In this document: piece after piece, positions 38,301-51,104 of the stretch
Layout: every line of letters starts with the position of its first letter
Numbering within the stretch: position 1 is the stretch's first letter
Source: Strigamia acuminata
Lineage: Eukaryota
Assembly (NCBI GenBank): GCA_949358305.1
Contig: OX442314.1
Coordinates: 32,550,001-32,614,000 of the forward strand
DNA: 64,000 bases
Reading direction: 5' to 3'
The notes under the pieces: generated by a model
Told to the model about the DNA's origin: nothing
Seen by the model: only the letters and a program-made list of their open reading frames with translations
Databases searched by the model: none
Translations under genes and position numbers: made by a program

Positions 38301-40245
38301 GGAGAAGGAGATGGCGGTGGAAGAGACTGTGTCGGGGAAGGAGGTGGAGAAGGAGATGGCGGTGGAAGAGACTGTGTCGGAGACGGAGAAGGAGATGGCG
38401 GTGGAAGAGACTGTGTCGGAGAAGGAGGTGGAGAAGGAGATGGCGGTGGAAGAGACTGTGTCGGGGAAGGAGGTGGAGAAGGAGATGGCGGTGGAAGAGA
38501 CTGTGTCGGAGACGGAGAAGGAGATGGCGGTGGAAGAGACTGTGTCGGAGAAGGAGGTGGAGAAGGAGATGGCGGTGGAAGAGACTGTGTCGGAGAAGGA
38601 GGTGGAGAAGGAGATGGCGGTGGAAGAGACTGTGTCGGAGAAGAAGGTGGAAAAGGAGATGGCGGTGGAAGAGACTGTGTCGGAGACGGAGAAGGAGAAG
38701 GCGGTGGAAGAGACTGTGGAGGAGATGGGAATAGTGTGGCCGGAGATGGAGGTGGAGTTGGAAAAGGAGAAGGAGACGTGGAAGGAAACGGCGGTGGAAG
38801 AGGCAGTGGAGGAGAAGGAAAAGGAGAAGGAGACGGCGACGGCACCGAAGAAGAGGAAGTGTGTGAGGAAAGGGGGTGCGAAAAAGAAACGGAAGACCGT
38901 TGAGAAGGTGGAAAAGGAAGTATTCGAGGTAACGTAGTAACTGACCATTTTATTTTGACAATCAACGTGATCGCGTTCCAATTTGAAATTGAAAAGCGAT
39001 CACGTTGATTTGACGTAAATTAATAATTCCCGCGCGCGCACTATAATTTAACCCGCAAATTTAATTTGCCGCGCGCGCGCACTATAATTTAACCCGCAAA
39101 TTTAATTTGCCGCGCGCGCATTGAGCGGATTGATCGTATGAATCCGACCCGCGCACAAACTTGGATTCGACATGCAATATCGTATATTTATTTGCCCGTC
39201 TGTTTGTTCGTTTATTCATTTATTTATTTTTTTTTTCTCCAGTCGTTGCCCAGCACATCAGGGTGCACTTGGACGATGCCAAGCGTTGTGACGGTCCCGT
39301 CGTCACCAGACCTATCACCGCCGCGGTCGCCACCACTTCAACCAACGGCGACATTAGGCAAAATGCCTTTAATGTGCCCCGTCGTGAGGTTGGAACGGCT
39401 GCAATTGCCGATCCTCACACCAATACCACGTCCTATCATGTCGACGCCGTGTTTCACCGTGCCACCATCTGCGCCCATCGCCCCCCCGCCGCCGCAAGAA
39501 CAGCAACTGGCGCGTGTCACCACCAAGCCGCGAAGATCCGCGTCGAAGCGGCCCGCATCACCGTCATGGGGACCCGCGTCGAAAAGGTCGGAGACTCGAG
39601 TCACGCGGTCGACGGAAAAGGTAACCTGTCTGGTCTATTTGTCTTTGATCGTTTGTTCAATCGTTCCTTCCATTTCTTTCAGATACGAAAGGCATCTGCA
39701 TCCCAGGGCTCGGTGGTGCCGTCTGGCAGGGCAGGACCGAGTGGGCTTCCGTCCAACCTTCCGTCCAACTTGTCGATAGAGTTGGATCGACGGTTCGGAG
39801 AGTTCCAGAAATGGGTGCTCCGGAAGGTGGGGGAGGTGGAGACGGGGGCGGTGCCAACACGGCAACGACGCCAGGGTGGAGGGAAAGGGAAGAAGGGAGA
39901 AAAACTCCGGACAGAGGGCGGGAAGTCATTTTATTGTGCTCTGTGCGCCAAACAACCGGGTAATGAGAAACATACATTTGTTTATTTGTTTGTTTATTTT
40001 TTGTCTAATTTTTATTTTTTTTTTTTATTTTTTTTTTTTCCTTTCCTCTCCCGCGTACCTTAGGGGTGTCGAAATACGGGTATTTCAGCGAGGACGCGTA
40101 CCGCCATTGGCGCCAACATCACCACCTAGACGCAGTTAAGCGCGAGGATGAAATCTCCAAGAGAGTCAGGAAGCATCTGCGGGACTATTCGCGTAGACCC
40201 GATCTCCTGTTGCCGGTGGGTATTTAATCAATTAGTCGATTCGTT

Positions 40246-40288
<43 letters not shown>

Positions 40289-41275
40289 TTTTTTTCTCTG
40301 TTTCCTAGAAGTTGAAAAAAATGCACAAGGCCCTGAAACGGTGCCCATTCTGCATTGCGAGGCCTGTGGTTGACCGACTAGAGGACCACTGGTTGGTCAA
40401 ACACAGATATCGCATTGCATGGGCACCGGGGATGGGAGAGGGAGAGGGAGAGCGCGTCGGAGACAACGACGACGACGACGACGACAACGACGGTGATTCG
40501 GCGTCACGTTCATCATCTTTTCAACGAGGCGATGCGCAGGGAGAGGAACGGGTGTTGCGATCGAGGGTGGTTCCCGTTGCGGAAGGGGGCAGCGAACCCA
40601 ACAGCGATCCCAACTATTGGGACGATAACCACGAAATGAAAATCTTTCGCGACGGGAGCATGCGGTTCTCCATTCATTCGCTTACTCTCCTGCTCTTTAC
40701 GATACGGGCTCAGGTTCAGGCGGAACAAGTATATATATTTTTATTTTTATTTTTATTTTTATTTTTATTTATTTATTTATGTATATATTTTTTTTATTTT
40801 TTATTTTTTTTTTTAGTATTGGGACGATCCCGACATCAAGACCCACTTACTCCGGATGCTGGGGATGTTAAACCAATGGAACGACATGTCGGTGAGTGAA
40901 TCTACCGCGCGCGTCTACGTCGACACTTTTCAGATATTGATTTTCCCGTTTTATTTGCAGAATAAAGATTTCTCGTTCGTTGATGAGGTGCTGATGAAGG
41001 AGAGGTTTGTCGTCGTCGGCGAGCCCGAGAACGACGAAGGAGAGGGGTGTGGAGAAGAGAGACGCCGGGAAGAAGAGCGTGAAACAGGTGAAAGGTGTGA
41101 AGAGGAAAAAGAAGACGACGAAGATTACAGAAACTCTGAATTTGAGGACGATGCGGAAAGTGATGAGGACGAAGACGAAGAAAAGAAACTGGCGAGGAAG
41201 GAGAAAGAGAAACGGGCAAGGAGCAAGAGAAAGAGGAAAGGAAAGGGAAAGTCGAGCGCCGGAAAGAAAAAGTGA
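35394..41275 (+). CDS. Large 13-exon nuclear protein: acidic tandem repeat, ALDLS and PxVxL motifs, two C2H2-like fingers, basic tail
   Basis: Exons starting at 35394, 35850, 36468, 36875, 37475, 37913, 38064, 39243, 39683, 40064, 40309, 40817 and 40961 join by GT-AG with compatible phases; CALC..HWRQHH and CPFC..HWLVKH. Confidence 0.7.
38145..38720 (+). repeat. Coding minisatellite, 39/45-bp units (EKEMAVEETVS[EG]KEV)
   Basis: About 13 copies of GAGAAGGAGATGGCGGTGGAAGAGACTGTGTCG; unit lengths are multiples of 3. Confidence 0.95.
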
Positions 41276-41419
41276 ATTCGCCTAATCTGCTCCTCAAATG
41301 TACGAATACATGTTTTAAATTTAATTTTAATTTATTTCACTCCTTTAAAACTCGTTCTTTTTTTACAGACAAATGGGCACGTCGGTGTTTGATAGCGACG
41401 CAATCGTGTTGTTCGTTGT

Positions 41420-41495
41420 TCGAGCGCATCATTTTTCGGCACCCCCAATCACAACGATGTCTTCTCTCGCACACGTGGAATGTGGCAGCCTCGTC
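41420..41495 (-). pseudogene. Decayed thymidine kinase fragment
   Basis: Minus strand gives EDIVVIGGAEK followed by a stop, versus EDVVVIGGAEKY in the TK at 20622; EAA lies upstream in a shifted frame. Confidence 0.65.
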
Positions 41496-42278
41496 CACGT
41501 CGAGTCTGGTTCGAGTGGACTCTGACAAAACAGCGAAGCTACTCGAATTCTCGACGTCAGTGTGTTTGGTGTCGTCGTTGTTTCGGTCACACGAGTGGCG
41601 CCCTCTTCACGTCCGCGCGGAGAAACGCTAAAAATTGCGGACAGCGTTCCAAAACAATCAACGGTCATTCACAGCGAATTACTAATCTGACAATAATTTC
41701 TGTGTTCTTGGTGTTGTTTTTAATTACGGTGTTGTTCTTTTTAACAATCAAGCATGGTTCTGCGTTTAAAACACACCGATTTTATTTCTTTTTGTGCTTG
41801 TTTGTTTTTTTTTTTTTTTTTTTTTTTTAATTTTATTAGATTTCAAACAAACAGTTTTCCGGATCGAAACTAATTTTTTTTTTGCTTATATTTAATACTT
41901 CTGATAAAAAATAATAATTTATATTTTTCTGAGTTTACAACTTGCAGTTTTATTTTAGTTTTGGTGTGGTAGCATTTAATATTTGCGTGTTTGTTTGTTT
42001 GAATCTCGATTAGTCTGGTATAAAAGATGTTATGTTATGTTTGTTTATTTAATGCTGAATTTTAACAATATTGATTTAAAAAAATAATCGATAGATAATT
42101 TAACATGTGCATGTTAATTACAAACGAGTTTTAATGATTAAATATGATTATGAAAATTAAAATTAAAATTGAAAACGATTTGAAAAATTAAAAATGATTT
42201 ATTCACAAAAAAATAAAGAAATATATATATATATATATAAAAACGAGTTGTTTACAAAAAAAAAAGGAAAAAAAAAAA

Positions 42279-42695
42279 TTAAAAATTAAAGTGACGAGTT
42301 GCCATCTCGGCCGCGAACAAAGTTGCCCGTCGCACCTCCTCGGCTGCTTCGGATGAGGCTACGGCGGCATCGACAGCCTCTTCAATGGCGGCCACGACGT
42401 TGGGGTCAGTGACGTTGGCCGACGCGACGACCCCTGCCACCGCCGCCACCGACTCCCGTGTCGCTCTGACCGACTGCGACAGAGTCATGGCCGCTGCGGC
42501 AGCCGCCGTGGCCACCATGCTCAAAGACAACGCCGGGTCCCGCACTTGGGCGGCAAACTCAACCGACCCGGTCGCGCGCGCAGTTGCACGCGCGCGTCCT
42601 TCCGCCTCCGCCGACGCACGAAGTGCCGCAATTCGATGTCGCATTATCGGCGGCCGTGGTGGCGGCGGAAGGCTGCAACAAAGAATAAATAAATA

Positions 42696-42734
<39 letters not shown>

Positions 42735-42911
42735 CGACCAATCGTGTCAATTTGCAATTTACTCACCTCGGTTGGGCGTCGCGTCTAAGTGCGAACTGCT
42801 GAGGGCGGGGTAGGGGCGACGCCCACATCTCGTTAATCGAGGGGACACCCCTCCACGCCGCCCTACCCCGTCCTCGGATTCGACGCGATCGTTCATCATC
42901 ACTGTCTGCCA
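42279..42911 (-). CDS. Two-exon Ala-rich helical protein
   Basis: Exon ~42766-42911 with GTGAGT donor, then an Ala-rich exon 42279-~42673. Confidence 0.5.
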
Positions 42912-42935
42912 TCTAGGAAACAAAAATATAAAAAA

Positions 42936-43000
<65 letters not shown>

Positions 43001-44334
43001 ATAGATAAAAGATAATAAAAGTTGAACGAAATAAGCGGAGAAGAAACTTGAGTCGAAGCTGGGATGCATGTTGACGGAACATATAAACCCGATGTCAGCA
43101 ATAACACTGCACCGAGGATGATTTAACAACTTGAAATTGGAAATTCTGTTTTGAATTTTTAAATTTACCGTCTATTTGTTTGTTATTTTGATTGATTTTG
43201 TAGTGTTTCGTTTTGCGTTGTTCGGTCAGGCTAGATTGGACGTTGGTTTTCGAGTTATTGTGCCACAGTTGTTGCCGAAATCTGGTATGTATGTCGCGTT
43301 CCGTCAACACGGAGGCGAGAAACACTCGCTACGCTTCATCGCGCCCGTCTGTCTAATTATTTGTTTGTTTGTTTGTTCGCTCCTCCTCAAATTCGTCTAT
43401 CGAACAATTGTTCAAACCCTCGATCGATAAATTGCCGAATTGATTCAATTCGGACAAATTCCCTCCGGAAACAATCGATTGTTTACTTACGGTAAATGCG
43501 CGAGTCGAGGTGCGATACCGGGATGCCAATGATGCTTCGTTTGCTTCGCTGTGGTTAATGGTTCCGACACCGGGTTAAACGCGTCGCTAGCGTCGCGCGT
43601 ATACAACCGCGCGTGTTTGAAAAATAAAATGGGTGAAAATTAAAGAAAAAATATTTATTGGTGAATTATTAAAATAATTGATAAATTAATTAATTAAAAG
43701 AAAAAGAAAAAGAAAAAAAAAAAATAAAATAAAATAAAATAAAATAAAATAAATAAATAAGTTTGGCCGTTGCCGCCATCTGTCGCGTGGACTCATCCAC
43801 TCACTTGCTCACACTCGCTCACTGTCGACCAACCGTGTGAGAACGTTAAAAGGTAAGTTAACCATTTCACATATTCACATACACACATACACACACAAAA
43901 CTCGCCCACCCGCACTCCTAAATGCACGTCCAAACACGCGCCCAAACGCATATCCACGTGGAATTTGGCGAGCCACGCGCGTAGCCATTTTTTATTTTTC
44001 CGCCCCACGTTGTTGTTGTCGCCGCCAACAGAAACCAAGCGATATTGAGTTTAACGTCTCGCGCGGGGTTTTCGTTTTCTCTTTTTTCGGGAATTCCCGG
44101 TTCCCAGTACCGGAATAGCGTCTTTTCTTTCTTTTTCTTTTCGTCATAAATTATCGTTTTTATCAATTTTTTAGTCAGTCAAAAGTGGCCATTCTCGTCA
44201 TTGAAATGTAATAAAATATAACGTTTCGTTGACAAAAATGGCGTCTCGATTTCCAGGTTCCCGACATTAAAACCATAATCCCGCGTGTTTTGTTTTCACT
44301 TTATTACTTTTTTTTTTTTATTTTTTTTTTTTTC

Positions 44335-44896
44335 ATGGAAGAAAAAATGGAATCCACCATGTCGTCTCCTGTCTCCATTTTGCAGTGCGTCGACTATACG
44401 TCGCCGCCGTCGACGATCAGTTGTTCCCCGCCGCCGTCGACGATCATTTGTTCCGGGGCGTCTAATAAACGTCGCTCGGTGGATTCGAAGAAAGCGGGCA
44501 CTCCCGCAAAAAGAAGAAGGGTCAGTATTCTATCAAAATTTTCGCCCACCTATTTATTTGTGTATTCGTTAATTCTCTTTCCTCGTTTTTCAGAGGTCGC
44601 TCTTGACACCAAGGACACCAGGTGCCAGGAAGGTGGAGAGAATAGTTGCGGACAAGATTGAGAAGGCGGTGATGAAAAGGATGGGGAGGATCGAGAAGAC
44701 GGTGGCAAAAGGATTCGAGGAGATGATGGCAAGAATGGAGAGAGTTGTGTTGGGTATGGAAGCGAGGTGGCGAGAGCGCCTGGAGAAGATCGAAGAGGAG
44801 GAGGAAAGCGAAGGCGATGGAGAAGAAGATTGCGACGGGAGGGGAAAGGATGCCGGAAAGACTATCAACGACAGTGATGGTTCGATGGAGTATTAG
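44335..44896 (+). CDS. Two-exon coiled-coil/acidic-tail protein
   Basis: Exons 44335-44520 and 44594-44896 splice in frame; SPVSILQCVD, KRRR NLS-like patch, coiled coil, acidic end. Confidence 0.7.
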
Positions 44897-45018
44897 GGGG
44901 GGGGGGAGGGGGTGCGCCTAAAGGAACAAAACTTTATTTGCTGTTCAGTTTATTCATTTATTCGGTTCATTCGTCCATTTATTTATTTATTTGTCTGTTT
45001 TGCAATTGTTTCACTTCG

Positions 45019-45052
<34 letters not shown>

Positions 45053-45621
45053 TTTTCTCTTTCCTTTTTCTCAAATTATGGAAAAAGTTTGTATAATTTT
45101 ATTTTCGTTCGGTCCATTAAACTAATGCATTCGATCGATTCAGTGTGACATTTTATTAAATTTGAATAAAAGATGTGAAAAAATGGATAAAACGCAATGA
45201 TCGCGCGCGTGACCGAGCGCCTAATTGCGTGACCGTGACTATCCGCTTCCGTCACCGCTCCGGGAGGTTTTCCGATCTTGTACGACATAGTAGATGGATG
45301 TGGCGTTGGTGGAACCCTTCAAAAATTTAAAAAAAAAAAAATAAATAAATAAATAAATAAATAAATAAAATATCATAGAGAAACAAAACAGATGAGAGAT
45401 CCGTTCGTCGTTTAGTTACGACGACTGAATAAGTGGTTTAAAACGTAAATAAATTAAATAAAACCAAAAAAAAAAAAATAAGTAAATAAATAAAAGGGAT
45501 CAAATCTTTCGACCCCTCCCCCCCCTCCCACAGGCCCTGGGGAAGGGAGTATGTGTAATGGCACAAACACATCGTCTTTTTTGAATATTTATCCCGTAGA
45601 TATGAAGAAGATCGACTGAAA

Positions 45622-45703
45622 CGAAAATTCGGGAGAGTCGAGACTCGAACCCACGACCCACGACTCCGTAAGGCGGGTGACTACCCACTCGACCACCTGG
45701 GCC
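45622..45703 (-). ncRNA. tRNA-derived Pol III-like element (paralog of 24482)
   Basis: Minus strand GCCCAGGTGGTCGAGTGG...GGGTTCGAGTCTCG followed by TTTT. Confidence 0.5.
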
Positions 45704-45744
45704 GACGATAAAAGGTCGCCGTTATCGGTGTTGTTGTTTGTTGT

Positions 45745-45795
<51 letters not shown>

Positions 45796-46029
45796 TTTTG
45801 TTTGCAATTAGTGTCACTAGGTATCGCGTCATAGCGCCGTAGTGTCACGACATTTCAGTTCGCCGCGCACGTGTGGCTGCCCCCTCGCTCGACGGCGTCA
45901 CACAGCGAGTGGTCCAACTATTCTACTTTCCCAACAACCGGAAACTCGTGGCACAACAAACCAACATTGATGTTGCCACCACCATCGTCGTTTTATTCTC
46001 TCAGCGGTGTCGAAATTGTCCGTTTTCAG

Positions 46030-47427
46030 ATGGAACCGAAGCGTGAAGAAGAGAGGCGACCAAGATGGCCACCTATTCCCGTTATCGTGGTAAGCGCGTT
46101 TACATGCTTATGAACCCGGGCTATTAAACGGAGTGGTACGGCGCGTATGTGCATATTTTTCTGATTTGATTGATTAATTATTTCCAGGTCGATGACGAGG
46201 AAGGGGACGATGACGCCACCCTCACTATTGTCGCCGCCGCCGCCGCCGCCAACGTCAACGACGCACCGTTGTGCAGTGCTAAAGAGGAACCCGAAATCGA
46301 AGTGAGAATCTGTAATGTCGTGCCTTGGTTCACCTCGATTCATTAATTCGTCCATTTACTTACTTACTTACCCATCTACTGGTCTGTGTCTCTAGATTGG
46401 GGTGGTTGAGGTGGAAGTACCATGCGAGGGAGGAGGAGGAGGAGATGAGCGACCCGCGATGGAAGAAGATGTCGAGATGGAACGGGAACTCGCGATTGAG
46501 GAGAATCGGAAACGCGCGATTGCAGAAGATCTGGAACGCGCGATTGGAGAGGATCCGGAACGCGCGATTGGAGAGGATCGGGAACGCGCGATTGGAGAGA
46601 AACGGAAACGCGCGATTGGAGAGGAAGAGCGAGGAAATGGAGAATCAATGAGCGCGCGGTTTCTATTGGCGCAAATTCAACAAACACGAGAGAAGCAGCG
46701 ACGGTTGCGTCGAGTCGTGGATGACGAGTTGGGGGAGTTGAAGCGAGAGATAGGATCGCTTCGAGGGCAACTGGAGGAAAAAGAAAAATTGATGATCACA
46801 GAGAGGATGAAAGATCTGGATGCGTGGCACCAAAAAGAATACCGACAACAATTGAAATACCATAAGGAATACGAGGAGCATCAATTACGATTTCGTCTCG
46901 CGCAACTGGAGCGAGAAAAAAAAATTCAGTTGGAGGAGTGGCGCGAAAAGGACCTAAAGAGGCAGAAGAAGTGTCGCGAAGAAGACCTGAGGCAGCAGCG
47001 GGAGTGGGCGATGCACCCACCCGGACAAGGAGTATCGTGGGCCCGGTATGTAGGAGGTTATGCGGAGCAGTTGAAAAATAATTCAACGGAGCTAGGGGTT
47101 CGGGCGGCGAAGATAGAGGCGCTCGAAGTGCTGGTGGAAAGTCTCAAAGAGCGGTTGCGGAAGGAGTGGCAAATTCGACATAACCAAGAACGGAGTTCGC
47201 GGTTGATCGCCAGATTCGTGAGTGTATCTATCTCTTTCTTTCTTTCTCTTTCTTTTTTTCCCCCTCCCCCTTCATTCTCTCTGTTTTTAGGGGTCGTGTC
47301 CAAAGTTGAGTCGTCCCCCGGATCTTTTCGACAAAGCCATTCAAACCGAGCAACCAGAAAAACCCGAAACAATTTGAGGGCGACTCGGACGATACAAAAA
47401 CCGACGCGAGACCAACGAGTCAATTGA
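46030..47427 (+). CDS. Spliced coiled-coil protein with 7-aa (21-bp) ERAIGED repeats
   Basis: Long charged helical exon ~46397-47217 plus short flanking exons with GT/AG ends; GAACGCGCGATTG repeats at ~46480-46625. Confidence 0.6.
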
Positions 47428-47444
47428 TGCCCATTCTTATTTTA

Positions 47445-47506
<62 letters not shown>

Positions 47507-47641
47507 TATTATTGTCATCTCATCATCGCCACTGCTGCATCTATCACACGATAAATAGATAAAAAAATTGTTACATGTTCTGGTGGAAATCATAAAAGTT
47601 TATTTATTTATTGAGTTTTACAAACAAAAGAGCATAGAAAA

Positions 47642-49965
47642 TCACGGCAATCTACCGGCGCCGGCTTCGTGGAGTTGGAAACAATTGCGGTAGCGTGGGC
47701 GACATAGGTGGGTCCGGCAGGGAGCGCACCAGAAACTGCTCTCGTGGCGTTCTTTGTGGACCTCGCGACACACCACGCATCGACAACTTTTCCCCGCGCG
47801 CTCCATTCGATGGACGACGGGTCCAGTAGGTAGGGCCGCGCGCGAGGCCGTGGTCGTCGTCCTCGTCCTCTCCCGAGCCAAGAGTTGAGCGACAAGTGCC
47901 CTTCGGAATTGTAATTGCGATCGATCGCCGCGCGCGGGGGCTGTGACTTCGCGCATGTTGATTCGGGCGTTGACACACACTGCGGGGAATAAATGGAAAA
48001 CGACGAGTCGAGATTAAGATTGTAACGATAACAATAATGATAATAATCAGAGATTGGGGCCTTGATCCCACCTTGATTCAGCTTTTGAAAGAAGAAGTAT
48101 CGGTGCCAATAACTGGACCGGCGTCCGATGTGGAATGAGGAGACGAGTCGGTTCAAGACGTCTACCCAATGAAAATTTTCGATGTAGGACAGTGCGGGCG
48201 CCGGACATGCAATATCCACGTTCCTGCCACCGATACGACGCAAGACACGGCCGGCCGCTGACAGTGGGTCGACGTTCGTACTGAGCAAACTCACGGTGGT
48301 TGTGTCTCGCCACGCAGTGAGCACCAACCGACCGTTTTGTCGTTGTATGAAATCGCCTACAAAAAAAAAAAAAATGAGAGAGATAGATAGATAGATAGAA
48401 TAAAAATTAATAATTGAATGAATCAAACGCGCGTTCACGTCCGAGCAAATGCGTTACCTCTCCGGTTGCCTTGATATCGTCTGAGTGTCGAAAAATCTGA
48501 TGGCATCTGGGCCGAATTGGCCCGCAGCGTCCCCACGGCCATGGTGTTGTGGCGGGTGAAGAGGTGTTCGAATAACACGGCGGACGAAAATCGATTATCG
48601 CAGGCGATAGTGTACCCCATGCCGAGATAGTGTCTGGCCACGTATACGACGATGCGTCCGAGGACACTACCCGGATACCTAGCAAGTTTGGAGTAAAGCA
48701 ATCCGAGGTGAAATAGAAAAGACAATGAATTGACTCACTCTGGTTCCGGCTCTTCGTCCGGGTCAAAATACATCTTGGTGCGCTTACCCAAGTGCACCTC
48801 GTCGTTCAGCACGTAGCCGGTGCCCGCTTCGCACAACGTGAAAAGTTCAAATCCCCATTTGATGGGTTTGGCCGGTTGGAAGACCTGGAAGAAATTTGCC
48901 GAACGAATGAACAAATGTAGACAACTGGATGAATAAATAAATGTACGCACTTTTATCTTTGATCGACCTCGAAAGGCGATCATCGACTCGTCAATGCAGA
49001 GCGTCGTCCTTGGTTGCCGACATGCGCGGAAGCGTTTGTTGACCAGGTCGGCGAACAAGCGAACTTTCATCGCGCGGTCGTCCTGTTCGCGTTCTTTCAA
49101 AAATGACACCCTTTCCGCCGTTGTGCTGCCGCCATCGGGGCCGCGTGCAGAGCCGGTAACGTGCAACCGTTGGTAGGACGGTTGCGTGCCGTAATGAAGG
49201 TACCGCGAAATCTCCTGAAACCTCTTGTGTGTCATGGCTCGCCCAACGGCCGGTGCACCGAGATCACCGACGTTGCTGCTCGACCAGTAGTGTCGCAATT
49301 CGGGTTGTTTGTTGTAGCCGGCCAAGACGTGGATCCCTAGATATACATAAAACTCATCGAGCGTTAGAGGGCGGACCCGCGCGCGCGCCCTTGTCGCTGT
49401 CCCTCTCGGTTGTGGCGGGTGTTGCGGTCGAGACGGAAGTCGGGGCTGTCGCCCGGCGGCCAGCTCGGCTGCCCTTCTGTCGGCCGCGGTGATACACACT
49501 CTCAAAACACTGCGTTGTGGTCCGTGTGCTCCAGCGCCACTACCGCAAGCCACGGCGACCAACGTCCTTTGTCTAGTTCTCGGACCTCGTGGTCGTTGCA
49601 TCGAACGCGTCTAAAACGAAAAACATGTATATTATACGAACAATCGACCAAAAACGCGTCTGAGAACCCCCGTGAACGACGTGTGCAACGTGTGCGTCAA
49701 CTTTTCCCAACACCTGTACTCGCGTTCTTCCCACTTCTTTCTCCTGCTTCGCCTCTCTCCGGATGGCCCGGTTCGTCGCCGTCACGGTGAAGCGGGCCGC
49801 CTCGCCGAAGAGTTCCTCGAAATAGTCGAATTCCGAGCTGGTAGCCACGCATCGGCCGCGATAGCCGGGTGTTTCGCCGTCGAATCCGACGTCCTGTCGG
49901 TACCGCGTCGTCGTGGCGGCCCATACGCGCGTGTCGTTGGGCGTTTTTGGAAAACCGTCCGTCAT
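47642..49965 (-). CDS. piggyBac-superfamily (DDE_Tnp_1_7 / PGBD-like) transposase, six exons, intact
   Basis: Exons 49714-49965, 48951-49610, 48739-48884, 48458-48678, 48072-48356 and 47642-47979 total 1902 nt in frame. Motifs: YWS, RFQEISRYLH, IDESM, KPIKWG, DNRFSS, GTLRAN, WRD, WVDVLN; C-terminal CVVC..CAPC..HLC..CF..H cysteine-rich domain. Confidence 0.93.
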
Positions 49966-51104
49966 GGACCTAGGCAAAACAAAACAAAACAAAAAAACAA
50001 AAAATAAAACAAAAAAAAAGTAAAGTAAAGTAAAGTAAAGTAAAGTAAAGTAAAGTAAAGTAAAGTAAAGTAAAGTAAAGTAAAATAAGTACGGACGAAC
50101 GAGAAAATTTTGCAGTGGAAATAGCGCGGGTGGCTATTTGCATTGGTATTTCAGGGAAAATAGGATGCAGGATATTCCCACGATATGTATATGCATTATT
50201 GCGACAACATTTGGTGCACCTTTCTTCGCGATTTACCAGAGTCGGTCGAGTAGATCTTTTAACAAACCTCCGAGAAGGGTTGGACACGGGTATCTGATAA
50301 TAGGGGGTTCGGGTTTGCAAATAACGCGCGGTCATTAAATGGCGCGCGGGTTGGTGCGCGTGTGCAGCGCGGATGAACGTGATCGTTGTCACGTGCTGGG
50401 AACGTGATTAAAGGGGAAGCAATGGCACACGTGTTATCCTCCCTTCCCACTTGAAATACCGATGCGTTTTAAATTTCATCACGGGTTTAAATGGTAAATG
50501 ATGCCAATCTTCATTTAAATTTAGAGTAAAATACAAATTATGTTAGCTTTTGAATGCAACTGGTGAAAATATCTACCCACGCTATTTTCGTCAAATATTT
50601 CTCTCGAAATATCTGTGGGAGCAAGATGGTGACAATTACACCGCTTGTGGTTCCCGTCTGTGTCCGTCCGCAAACATGGCGCTCGCTCGTCGACATACCT
50701 GCTTAATTCGATGGATAGGCCGGTTGATAGACCGGTTGATTCAATTTTCTTCCTCTTTTTCTCGCTGGAAAAGTACTTGGCAGTTGACCAACTACTCGCT
50801 GCCACGCCGTCGTCGTGCGAACGCGTGTAGGATGAACCGAGGAATGATGGGAAACCACGGGGCTTTCACAAGGCTCGCGCGAACGAGAGGCGAGTATGGA
50901 AATCGGACGCGCGTGTATATAATCAACCGCGCGTGCGTGTGCAATTTTACACAACAACAATTTATGTGCTGAAAATTTTGTTAAACGCATGGATAAATAA
51001 ATAAACGAAAGAAAAACAATGCGAAACGGGGTGCGTGTTTGTTTATTCGAAACCGCAAATGAAAAATAAAAAATAGAAAAGAAAATCTGACAAACTGTGC
51101 CGTT

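Noticed and set aside
38018..38981. Arg/Trp-rich, Ser/Thr-rich and Pro-rich alternative ORFs
   Set aside because: Shadow frames of the coding minisatellite; only the acidic frame fits the splice phases.
43572..43578. GGGTTAA as the right piggyBac end (also ~23218, ~59954)
   Set aside because: Adjacent bases do not mirror CCCTTCGAAGTCCC at 4846.
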